A stretch of 64,000 bases of DNA. It comes from Malacoraja senta (taxonomy: Eukaryota). Positions 24,703 through 36,107 of this stretch are shown in pieces. The position numbers were made by a program, and so were the translations under genes. Position 1 is the stretch's first letter. Every line of letters begins with the position of its first letter. The notes beneath the pieces were generated by a model. That model saw only the letters and a program-made list of their open reading frames with translations. It had not been told where the DNA came from and made no database searches. The stretch is taken from the NCBI GenBank assembly GCA_038087875.1, contig CM075980.1:10168001-10232000 (forward strand), given 5' to 3'.

Positions 24703-25047
24703 ACTTAAGCGCGGCAGTTACAGTAAGTCAGCCGCCTTCGATGTCCGCCTCCACGGGACAGCAAATGCAAATATCCTGCACCATATCGGGTTCCAGTTCA
24801 GGCGCTAACTATGTCTCGTGGTACCAACAGATTCCTGGCAAAACTCCCAAGTATCTATTCTACCATACTACCAGTGGCAGCATTTATAAAGGCACGGACA
24901 TTCCAGACCGTTTTTCCGTCTCGGTGTCAGGCAGCTCTCTAGTATTCGCAATATCTAGCGTTCAATCGGTGGATGCTGCGGACTATTACTGTGCCAAATG
25001 GGATAGTGGTTTACATTTCGGTAAAGGAACGAGGCTGGGTATTGGCG
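24703..25047 (+). CDS. IGL: Ig light chain cluster A germline-joined VJ exon (type II/NS3, lambda-like), intact
   Basis: ISCTISG...VSWYQQ...DRFS...DAADYYC-AKWDSGLH-FGKGTRL in one frame with no RSS; ag acceptor 24701-24702; G|gtaagt donor. Confidence 0.96.
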
Positions 25048-25149
25048 GTAAGTAAAATATATTCTTCGGACAGCACGCTATTTTCTTTTTATTTTAATGC
25101 AGATATTGCTTGATTTAACGTCGTGAGTTCACATTATACGTGATTGGGC

Positions 25150-25715
25150 CAGCTGTATTTCAGTGCAGATAGTGCGATCTTGCTATACAGATGTTCCGAG
25201 TTCATTTGGACATAGCTCAGTGAAATGACTGCAAAAGCGAGCTAATGCTTTGTCTTGAGCTTTTACAGACGAACAATCAATTTCTCGACAAAAGCATCCT
25301 GTGCCCAGGGAACCACGGGACTGTAGCGACTTTGAGCGAATTAACTCGCTTAGGACAGTAGTTACTTGGATCCCCTTTTAGGCATTGAGGTCTGGTTGCA
25401 CGGTGCCGCGATGCGAAGGAATTATTTGTTCCATGTTGTTTTGTCTAATATTCAAGCAAGTGTTTCACTCTGTAGCCCATTATACTACAGTTGCATTACG
25501 AAAATAACGTATATAATTGTTTTCGCTGATCAGAGCCATATTCCGCCTTCAAAGCATTTCAAAACAACCATGACCAGGCAAGACTAATCCTTACAGCGTC
25601 AATATTAGATTAGAAATCGCGCAGCTGCGATTCCAAGCAATATTTTTTTTTACAGTTCACAGAATTACTTAGGACCGCACCATGAATTTAATGTACTCGA
25701 AAATGTGATGCAAAT
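25150..25715 (+). promoter_or_regulatory. Candidate J-C intronic enhancer: CAGCTG E-boxes (25150, 25622) and octamer ATGCAAAT (25708-25715)
   Basis: All three motifs are retained in copy B (49935, 50413, 50499-50506). Function is inferred. Confidence 0.45.
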
Positions 25716-26619
25716 CTTCAATTTTCCATTTTGCTTCCCGTCCAATAATGATCGCGTACTTCCTAATGCGAATGGTGTCATTTCTCTCGGATTTTGAAAT
25801 CGTCAATTAGATGAGGGTTGATGTAGAACTGAAGTTGCACGGAATAGGGTTCGTCCAATAAATTGCGGAAATATACGCAGTGATTGTCCAGATATGAAAG
25901 GATATTGCTTGGGTAACGGGGGGTCAGCAACGTTCATATTCAACACTGTCAAAATTCCGGTTGACGGGTTTAAATGCGAAATGCGAAAGGCGAAAATTTC
26001 GCACATTTCAGAAATGTTGTTTAATACGTAGAGCAGCCTTTCATGGACACAGCAGTGCATTTCAAATATAAATGCATATTCCAACTACAATGTCATCCTT
26101 GATTGCGAACGACATCAGCGAATGTCGACCGTGGCTTTCGAAGACTAGTTTCTATATATTTTTGCCGAACTTAATAGCGTCACCCTCCATTTCAAAGGGT
26201 GCGGGCACTTAAATAAGTTTAAATCTGTTATTATTACTTTCGAAACCGCGAATCGTTTATATCTGCTGATATATTTAAATAAATGTAAAGCCGAAGACGT
26301 GTAGTAAAATGACATTATAAAAGTTATAATAATGTATTCAGTTTTATAAAACAGTGCAGCCATGATCTATCACAGATGCTTTCCCGCAGTTTATGCATAG
26401 GGCAGACAGAAAATTAACTATTCTAGGTGCTTTCACGTACTTTATTTATTGTTTACCCAATTTAAAAAAACGAACTGTAATGGTTTGAAATAGGTCGAGA
26501 ATAAAACGACTTATTTCTATAAATGAATAAATGAGTGCTTTAATGAGATGTATATTCGGCAAATAATGATATCTCAACGACAGCAATTCTCCAATTAACT
26601 GTGACTTCTTATTAAACAG

Positions 26620-26942
26620 CTCCTCGTGCACCGATCGTGACGGTCCTCCCGCCCTCAGCCGATGAAGTTACCTCAAAGGGCACCGCCACCCTGGTGTGCT
26701 TGGTGAACGGCTTTAACCCGGGCTCGGTGGCCGTTGAGTGGAGCGTTGACGGCAGTGCAAAAAGTAGCGGCGTTGAGACCAGCCCGATCCAGCAGGATAA
26801 GGACAACACGTTCAGTCTCAGCAGTTTCCTGACTCTGACAGCCTCAGACTGGAACTTACACAATCTTTACTCCTGTGTGGTTAAACACCAGAGTCGGTCA
26901 GACCCGCTGAAGACAAATATCATGAGATCTAGCTGTATCTGA
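26620..26942 (+). CDS. IGL: Ig light chain cluster A constant exon (C1-set)
   Basis: APRAPIVTVLPPS...ATLVCLVNGF.PG...W...YSCVVKH...RSSCI*; acag acceptor; AATAAA at 27122. Confidence 0.97.
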
Positions 26943-28494
26943 TGTTTGAAACGTGAGCTGACTCCCCAAAGTTAGCTAATCACCATTGGGTTCTTCCATG
27001 TGACAAAGTTCGTCTTTGTCTTTCGGAATTTTCATAAAGAAATGCCATTTATAGTTGAAACCTTGATTTTTTATGACTTGTTCGCCTTAAATGTAGTTCT
27101 TTCGAACGAATATCGTTCATGAATAAAGCATCAAGTCGATTCAATTGCTTTAACTAAAAGCATGTATGTTGCTATTTTACCCAAGGTATTCTTTGCAGAC
27201 GTTGAGTAAAGTTTTAAAACTATTGTCAAATGCATTGCTGATTCTCCTTGATTTATTTGTGACCTCAAACATGACGACTTAATATGGATTCTGTTGTCTT
27301 GTACATTTGAGCAAGAAACGCTGATTTATTTTCCCTCAATCTCGATCTCGAATTACAATAGGAGAACCGGAGTTGAGTTTGTGCCACTAGTCAAGTTATA
27401 CAATGCGTTCTAAACCAATCATGACAAACGTGATCTCAACTCTAATGAGAAACCACAACATTGGCAGAAAATGCTGTTAATTCTCAGCAGACGAAGCGGC
27501 CTGAAGTGAGAAATTGATTTGACGTTTCAGGTTGTTCTTTTGGTCAATAATGTCCCTACCAACCCCACACCCTCAGGGTTTAAAGGCTTTGTTAATTATG
27601 TTTTCGTTCGTAAGGGGCACCGTTACATACTGTAAATAAAGGCAAGATATGTGCATACCTGGAAATTTACCAGAAACGACATTAATTCCCAACATATCAG
27701 CAAGATTCTGTAAAACTGATGGTTTGTTCTCACCTCCACTTTACACTATCCACACTATGCACCGCAACTCCATCCTTTATCATCGAAGACATTGACATTA
27801 ACCGGTGACGGGATTTGTATTCCAATTACGCTAAGCTGTCGTTATCATGCCATGTTCCATCACAATCACCGCTGTGGGTTGTATTTTTTTTCTGAGGGAG
27901 CAAACAGCAAAGATTGAATCTTTCTGGTCTTGGCATTTCCATCTGTTTCTCTAGTGGCCAACTATCCATCAATATCAGACGATCAGATATGAATTGTTCC
28001 AATGACGGGACATTCAAAGCCACCCAACAAAGAGGATTCCAATAATTTACAACCTTCTCCGCTTTATCCACTTTATCTCACCCCTACATAGCCAGATCCA
28101 ACGTGATATTGTCCCCACTGTAGATCCAACAGATCCATGGATCTCTTGTTCCCCTTCCTCACAATAAGCATTTATTTTCCAATGAGTTCTCTCTTTGTTC
28201 GAAACTCTCTGAGAATATTCAGCAGCCCAATTGAAATACACTGCCCCGGTGCAGATTAAAGAAATACGTAGTGTGTAGGAAGGAACTGCAGATGGCGGTT
28301 TAAACCGAAGATAGACATAAAAAAAGTTGGAGTAATTCATTCGGGTCAGACAGCATCTCCGGAGAAAAGGAACGGCTGACGTGTCGGGTCGAGACGCTCC
28401 TTCAGAACCGAAACGTCACATGCTGCTTTTCACCGGAGATGCTGTCTTACCAGCTTTTTATGTCTATCTTCAAAGAAATACGTAGAGATTTTAT

Positions 28495-28950
28495 GAATGG
28501 TTCAATGGTGCGTTATTCTCATCTACCAGGGTACAGTGTAATTCATTTTTGTTTACAGTTCAGTACAAGTATCAGTATACATAAGCACTTAAATACATCT
28601 TAGATAAACATCTCAGATACAGTAAAAGTGTATCGTGGTGGTACACTGAGAGAGTATATAAAGTCGCCAGATTTGGCTCCATTTTCAAATCCCAGTTGTT
28701 GTTAATGCAGGGTTCTTGACCCTGCATTAACGTGTGGCATGAAGGTCCGCTACCCTGGCAGCGTTGCAGGTTCTTCATCGGCCCTCTTCACCGTCAGGGT
28801 TGTGCACTCCCTCCCGCAGCCAGTCTGCTTAACGGTCCTTCCTCCGACTCCTTCCTCTCCGGGCGGGCGAGGTGAGCCTACCGGGTGGGTTCCCCGTCCG
28901 GTCCGCGTCACCAGTACTCGGCGCGAGATCGACTCTGAGATCACTTCTTG
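28495..28950 (-). mobile_element. Non-autonomous retroposon with GC-rich head and LINE-like 3' tail; counterpart at about 53245-53690
   Basis: Minus strand ends ...gaattacactgtaccctggtagatgagaataacgcaccattgaaccattca; family not identified. Confidence 0.45.
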
Positions 28951-29184
28951 CACTTTTTTGGTTCTTCCTCAATTTATTTTTGTTAACCACATGTTAACAA
29001 ACCAATTAATCTGTCTCAATTGGTGTTCATGCACTGTCTATTTTAACTACCGTCTATTCAAACACAACTGGCGCAATATCACCTTTACATTTGCGATATT
29101 ACTGTCACTTATTACCAGTTTGCCCCATGGGCTTGATCTTCCGATGTAAAAAAACGCAATGTTCTCCTCTTTAAAACTCCACGA

Positions 29185-32176
29185 GCTTAGTGGAGATTCA
29201 TACTGATCCTCTTAGAATTAATGAAGCATTTGCTAAATTCTACGCTGAACTATACGCTTCCGACTGTCCTACCACTGCAGGAGACATGCTCAGTTGTATG
29301 ACGTTTCCCCGAATTGACGATGAAGCCACGGGAGACTTGGGTGGTCCCATAACTGTTGCTGAGGTCCAAGCAGCCATCACATCGCTGCAAAGCGGAAAGT
29401 CACCCGGCCCTGACGGCTTCACTGTAGAATATTACATAGCTTTCTCTGCTCTCCTCGCACCAGTCCTGAGAGATATGTACAATGAGGCGTTTTTACATCG
29501 TCGCCTACCGCCCACCTTGTCGTGGGCTACTATCTCCCTAATTCTTAAAAAGGAGAAAGATCCCCTGCTTTGTAGTAGCTATAGACCAATTTCACTCCTG
29601 AATGTGGACCTCAAAATCCTCTCTAAAGCCCTTGCGCTCCGTCTTCAACGAGTGATGCCCTCTATTATCTCGTTAGATCAAACAGGGTTCATACCAGGCC
29701 GACAGTCTTCCCACAATACTAGGCGTCTCCTTAACATCATCCATTCACCGAGTAGTGAGACCCCGGAGATAGTGGTCTCCCTCGATGCCGAAAAAGCTTT
29801 CGACATTATGAGGCGATGGACAGGTTTGGCCTCGGTAACAGTTTTATTCTTTGGGTCAGGCTATTATACTCGTCCCCGGTGGCCTCAGTACAAACAAACG
29901 GCACACTGTCGCCCCACTTCCCCCTTCAGAGAGGTACCAGACAGGGTTGCCCGTTATCACCACTCCTGTTTGCTGTCGCGATAGAACCCCTGGCGGTCTG
30001 GTTACGCTCAGAGAAGGGCTTCAAAGGTATTACACAGTTCGACACAACTCATAAAGTCTCATTGTATGCAGATGACCTGCTCCTGTACATCTCGAACCCA
30101 GTCAGTTCTCGCCCTGTGATTACGAATATTTTAGAACGGTTTGGTGCGTATTCTGGTTATAAACTTAACTACCAAAAGAGTGAGCTATTACCGATTAACT
30201 CATTGGCTAAGCAGCTCCCTCGCTCTTTAACCTCATTCAAATGGGCAGAGGACGGGTTTCGCTATCTCGGCGTTTTTATCACAACACCCTTATCTGATAT
30301 GTTCCGCACAAACTTTCTGCCTCTGGTTGAGAAAGTCGAAAGAGATTTTGACCGCTGGTCAGTTTTACCGCTATCCCTCGTGGGCCGGATAAATCTGGTC
30401 AAGATGGTCGTCCTACCCAAATTCCTGTATCTTTTCCAGCACGTCCCTATACTTATCACTAAATCTATTTTTGATAAATTAGAAAGGACAATATCTAAAT
30501 TTTTATGGGGTGGCAAACCGGCTAGAATCCGAAAGGCGATACTGCAGTCTCCTAAGAGTGACGGCGGTTTGGCACTTCCTGACTTTAGGCGATACTATTG
30601 GGCAGCTAACTTGAAAAAACTCCTGTATTGGATGAATGATGATTGCGACCACCTACCGACTGGGTATACATGGAAATGGCGAGTTCACGTCTCCCGTTGC
30701 GGTCTGTCCTATGCTCCCAACTCCCCCTTCCTATAACATCTGTGGGTGCAGGCCCAATTGCGTCCCTCTCGCTCAAGATATGGAGTCAACTCAGGAAAAA
30801 CTTCGGTTTACAAGGCCCTTCCATCTTGACCCCACTGCTTAAAAATCACATCTTTAAACCTTCAAGTACAGACCACGCATTCAAAACCTGGCATAGCAAC
30901 GGTATCAGTAGTATCAAAAACCTATACAAGGATTGCATCTTTTCGTCCTTTGCGGTGCTCTCGTCCAACTACAGCCTCCCAAACTCCCACCTTTTTGGTT
31001 TTATCCAGATTAGAGATTTTGTGAAGAAGACATTCCCCCATTTCCCAAATCGCCCCCCTGAAACCCTGACCGATACCATCTTCGCTCTAGATCCCAACCG
31101 GAAGAAATGCATCTCTATTTTGTATAATTTGCTAGGGTCGGTTATATTGAAACTTCATACCTCATTAAAAGCTGCGTGGGAGGGTGAGCTGAATACGAAA
31201 CTAACAGACAAGCAATGGGACTCTGCCTTGGATTTGATCCATTCTTCCTCCATATGTGCCCGTCATGGCCTAATCCAATGCAAAGTCCTTCACAAAGTCC
31301 ACTACACAAATGCAAGATTATCTACAATTTACCCCGCTGTTAGGGACACCTGCAACAGATGTAATCAATCCCCTGCCAACCATAGCCATATGTTTTGGTC
31401 TTGCCCTAAGCTAGCAGCCTTTTGGAGGAGTGCTTTGGACTTGATAAGCAGAGCCTACGGCCAGACTATTCCTCCAAACCCAATGTCAGCCATTTTCGGT
31501 ACCCCTCCTAACACCAACCTCTCTGTTGCGGTGAAACGGGTCCTAGCTTTTACAACTTTGTTAGCCCGGAGACTGATCTTGCTTAACTGGAGGCTCACCT
31601 GTCCCCCGACACACGCCCGTTGGATTAAGGAGGTGCTTTACAATTTAAAGCTTGAAAAACTTAGGTTCTCTCTCACAGGCTCTACCAAGACATTCCTAGA
31701 TACATGGAACCCTTTCTTGGAACTTGTTAACTCTCTCAACTTGTCCCCGGACTCGGAAGAGGATTGAGTGCTCTCCACCATTGTTTTGCTCTACTGCAGC
31801 TGCTCTCCCCTTAAACCCCCCTCCCCACACTTATTTATTTAATTACTTACTTATTTACTGTTAGTAGTGACCCCAATTTTTTTATTTTTTTATTTATCTT
31901 TTTATTTTTTTATTTTTTTAAAATTATTTTTATTTTTATTTTTTTTAAGTACTTTTTGTTTCGTTTATCTTACCATATTTGTGTGGATGTGTACGTATGT
32001 GAGTGTTGTTTGTCCCCGTTTGGTTCCGACCTGATTCGGGTGGGTTGAAGGTGGGTAAGGGTAAGGTCTTTGAGGGTCGCTTACATACTGTTGCACAATT
32101 ATGCCTTGACTGTCACTGTCTGTTATCATAGCATGTATGCAAATTGCTGTGAAATTCAAATAAAAAGATTTAAATA
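29185..32176 (+). mobile_element. L1-clade LINE, 5'-truncated ORF2 (RT plus C-terminal CCHC), specific to copy A
   Basis: ORFs 29190-29984, 29816-30736 and 30643-31767 (KSPGPDGF, YRPISLLNVD, RQGCPLSP, YADD, CNRC...HMFWSC); 12-bp TSD aaaactccacga; empty site at about 53905-53920. Confidence 0.93.
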
Positions 32177-32899
32177 AAAACTCCACGATTTCGTTAATTC
32201 CCTTCAACCCCATTTTTACACGATTAGTAAGAAGGTGGTCCCAGCATGATCCCCGTGGCGATGAGCTCATTGAAATATATCTATATACGTCAATTCTATT
32301 GCAAAACCTATGTCGTCTATGCCACACGTTGACATCCTGTTCCAGAGCATATTTGCGCATGGCGCTGTGAACAATGGTTTGTTAAAACTGAGCTTCTTAA
32401 TTTCAAACAGAGCTCCAAACTCGTAGAACAAGTGCACATCTGGCGCTTTGAACTTTGCCAGTTCTTCGGCGAACTTGGATATCTGTGTCATGCCAATTCC
32501 GCCTGAATATGTCTCCAGAGACACGAAAATGCCCTTAGTCCCCGCTCTGTACAATGGACACAGACGTTGGTGTTCTTCGTCAAAGTTCATGAAACAGAAT
32601 GCCTGTGTGCGTTTTCTTTCTTCTTCATCCATGCTACCGTGGCGCTAATGGACAATGTTAAATCTGAAATTCCCATATCACCGCAATCTGGAATCTTACA
32701 TTTATTTCGTTCACAATTACATCCCATGATCACTATATTTTGAACTCATATTTCTTCTTCATCATCTTAGTTTGGTTTATTATATTGAGACTGTAAAAAC
32801 ATTTTTTAATGTCAACAAAAGGATTATATGATTATAATGTCCACATTGTACAGGTAGAGGATAAAGGTATACCATTCAGTGCATGATGAAGTTCTATTA

Positions 32900-33700
32900 A
32901 CGATAAATCAATGGTCTCCTATGAGGCTAAACGAGAGGCCTGGACCGCACACCCGCTCGTGAGAGGACGGTTCGGTTGCCTGATAACAGCTGGAAAGGAA
33001 CTTTCCGTGAATCTGGACGTATGCGTTTTCAAACTTCTGTACTTCTTGCTTGATGGGAGAGAGGGAATGACCAGAGTGAGACTACTTCTTGATTAAGATG
33101 GTGGCCCAGCAAGGCAGCGTGGTGCAGATGGAGTCCAAGGAAGGCAGGCTGTTTTGCGTGATGGCCTGGGCTATGTCCACAACTGTCTGCAATTTCTTGC
33201 GAGTTTCGATGGACCTGTTCCCAAACCATGGGTGTGATGCATGCCGATTAAAACGTTTTCTAGAGCGCAGCTGTGGTAATTGGCGAGGGCTGTTAAGTAC
33301 ACGCCAAAGTTACTGAGTCTCCTTCGGAAATAAAGGCGTTGTGTGCATTCTTGGCCATTGTTCGACATGGCTGGTCCAGGCGAGTTTGCTGGTGATATTC
33401 ATTCGAACACCTCTAGTTCGCCGTCATCATGTGTGTCCTTCTTGGTTCCATGAAGTCAACCAGAATCTCGTACGTCTTGCTGCCATTGAGAACAGTTGTT
33501 ATTTTGGCACCAGGTTATGCGGGTTTCAATCTCCTTCCTGCGCTCCGTCTCCCCCTCTGCTGGATAAACGTTTACAGTATAGCTTGTGTTAATTCTACTC
33601 TACCCATAGTGGTGCTCAGGTGTAGACGTGATCATACCACGATGTGCAGATTCCACCAGCGGTTGTGCTTAATCGGTCCGCGTTTCGAACTTGTGCCACC
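32900..33700 (-). mobile_element. Degraded Rex1/Babar-like LINE fragment; counterparts at about 35590-36100 and 54700-55490
   Basis: QRLYFRRRLSNFG and HHLNQ...SLWS-like remnants in broken frames. Confidence 0.55.
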
Positions 33701-33719
33701 TTATGTTCTTTATTCGTTC

Positions 33720-35215
33720 TTTAATAAAGGCCATTTTTATACATTTTGGTTTCACCATGTAGAAATGACAGCAGTGTTTATACATAGTCCCCCCATTTCA
33801 GGACACCATAATGTTTGGGACACAGCTATGTCATGTAAATGAAAGTAGTCATGTTTAGTATTTTGTTGCATATCCTTTGCATGCAATGACTGCTTGAAGT
33901 CTGCGATTCATGGACATCACCAGTTGCTGGTTGTCTTCTCTGGTATTGCAGCCATCTTTGGCTTATTTTGTTTTGGGGGCTAGTCCCCTTCAGTTTTTCT
34001 TCAGCAAATAAAAGGCATGCTCAATTGGGTTCAGATCGGGTGACTGTCTTGGCCACTCAAGAATTTACCATTTTTTAGCTTTGAAAAACTAATTTGTTGC
34101 TTTAGCAGTATGTTTGGGATCATTGTCTTGCTGTAGAATGAACTACCGGCCAATGAGTTTTGAGGCAGTTGTTTGAACTTGAGCTGATAGGATGTGTCTA
34201 CACACTTCAGAATTCATTATGCTACTACCATCAGCAGGTTGTATCAGCAATGAAGATAAGTGAGCCTGTACCTTCAGCAGCCACACATGCCCAGGCCACA
34301 ACACCCCCACCACCGTGTTTCACAGGTGAGGTGCTATGCTTTGGATTTTGGGCAGTTCCTTCTCTACTCCTTACTTTGCTCTTGCCATCACACTGATATA
34401 AGTTAATCTTCGTCTCATCTGTTCACAAGACCTTTTTCCAGAACTGTGGTTGCTCTTTTAAGTACTTCTTGCAAACAGTAACCTGGCCATCCTATTTTGC
34501 GGCTAACCAGTGGTTTGCATCTTGCAGTGTAGCCTTTGTATTTCTGTTCATGAAGTCTTCTGTGGCAGTGGTCATTGACAAATCCGCACCTGACTCCTGA
34601 AGAGTGTTTTTGATCTGTCGGACATGTGTTTTTTTCTTCTTCTTTATTCTAGAGAGAATTCTTCTGCCATCAGCTGTGGAGGTCTTCGTTGGCATTGTGA
34701 TTAGTAAGCTCACCAGTGCTCTCTTTCTTAATGATGATCCAAACAGTTGATTTTGGTAAGCCTAAGGTTTGGATGATGTCTCTAACAGTTTTATTCTTCT
34801 TTCTCAGTCTCATAATGGCTTCTTTGGCTTTCATTGGCACAACTTTGGTCCTCATGTAGATAAACAGCAATAACAGTTTCCAAAGGTAATGGAAAGATTG
34901 GCGTAAAGACTAGGTGCTGAGAGCTCTCCTACACCTGCATCAAGGAGGCATTTAAACACATCTGAGCAAGTACAAACACCTGTGAAGCCACGTGTCCCAA
35001 ACATTATGGTGCCCTGAAATGAGGGGGACTATATATAAACACAGCTGTAATTTCTATATGGTGAAACCAAAATGTATACAAATGGTCTTTCTTAAAATCT
35101 GACAATGTGCACTGTAACCACGTGTGACTTTTTCTATTACAAATCTCAAATTGTGGGGTACAGAGGCAAATAAATAAATGATGGGTCTTTGTCCCAAACA
35201 TTATGGAGGGCACTG
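33720..35215 (-). mobile_element. Tc1-like (IR/DR type) DNA transposon, decayed, one TIR truncated
   Basis: CACTG end at 35215; ccataatgtttgggac direct repeats within long TIRs; HTH remnant MKAKEAIMRLRKKNKTVRDIIQTLGLPKSTVW. Confidence 0.88.
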
Positions 35216-36107
35216 CACTTGCTGGAGGTCCTCACATGTTTAATATAGATAAATCTCCAGGGCCTGATCAAATACATCCGAGGACACTGTGATAAGCCAC
35301 AGAGGAAATAGCTGGAGCCGTCGCAGTTTTCTGGTAACTACAGGCGAGGTGCTGGAAGACTATAGGGAGGCAAATGTTGCGACTCTATTCAAGAAGGGCT
35401 GCAGGGAAAAGGCTAGAAGCTACATTCCAGAGATCCTAACATCTGTGGTTGGAAAGTTACTGGAGGGTATTCTGAGGGATAGGTGAGTTCAAGTTCACAT
35501 TTATTGGCACAAGCACCAATTAAGTCACAGTGATATTCGGGTTACCATACAGCCATACGTAAAAAGAGCACAATACACGTTATATATAGAGTTTCGATGG
35601 ACCTGTTCCCAAACCATGGGTGTGATGCATGCCGATTAAAATGTTTTCTAGAGCGCAGCTGTGGTAATTGGCGAGGGCTGTTAAGTACACGCCAAAGTTA
35701 CTGAGTCTCCTTAGGAAATTAAGGCGTTGTGTGCATTCTTGGCCATTGTTTCGACATGGCTGGTCCAGGCGAGTTTGCTGGTGATATTCATTCGAACACC
35801 TCTAGTTCGCCGTCTTCATGTGTGTCCTTCTTGGTTCCATGAAGTCAACCAGAATCTCGTACGTCTTGCTGCCATTGAGAACAGTTGTTATTTTGGCACC
35901 AGGTTATGCGGGATTCAATCTCCTTCCTGCGCTCCGTTTCCCCCTCGGCTGGATAAACGTTTACAGTATAGCTTGTGTTCATTCTACTCTACCCATAGTG
36001 GTGCTCAGGTGTAGACGTGATCATACCACGATGTGCAGATTCCACCAGCGGTTGTGCTTAATCGGTCCGCGTTTTGAACTTGTGCCACCTTGTGTTCTTT
36101 ATTGGTT

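Noticed and set aside
24765-24772. Octamer ATGCAAAT inside V exon A
   Set aside because: It arises from Met-Gln-Ile codons and is absent in copy B.
24984-24992. TACTGTG cryptic RSS heptamer in the YYC codons of both V exons
   Set aside because: It is dictated by Tyr-Cys codons, and I see no nonamer at 12- or 23-bp spacing.
28701-28731. 13-bp-arm hairpin gttaatgcagggt...accctgcattaac as a terminator or regulatory site
   Set aside because: It lies inside an interspersed repeat and one arm is missing in copy B.
32267-32632. Resemblance of EERKRTQA and KFAEELAKFK to RAG1/Transib motifs
   Set aside because: Spacing between the motifs is about half that in RAG1 as I recall it, and no catalytic motifs are present; likely coincidence.
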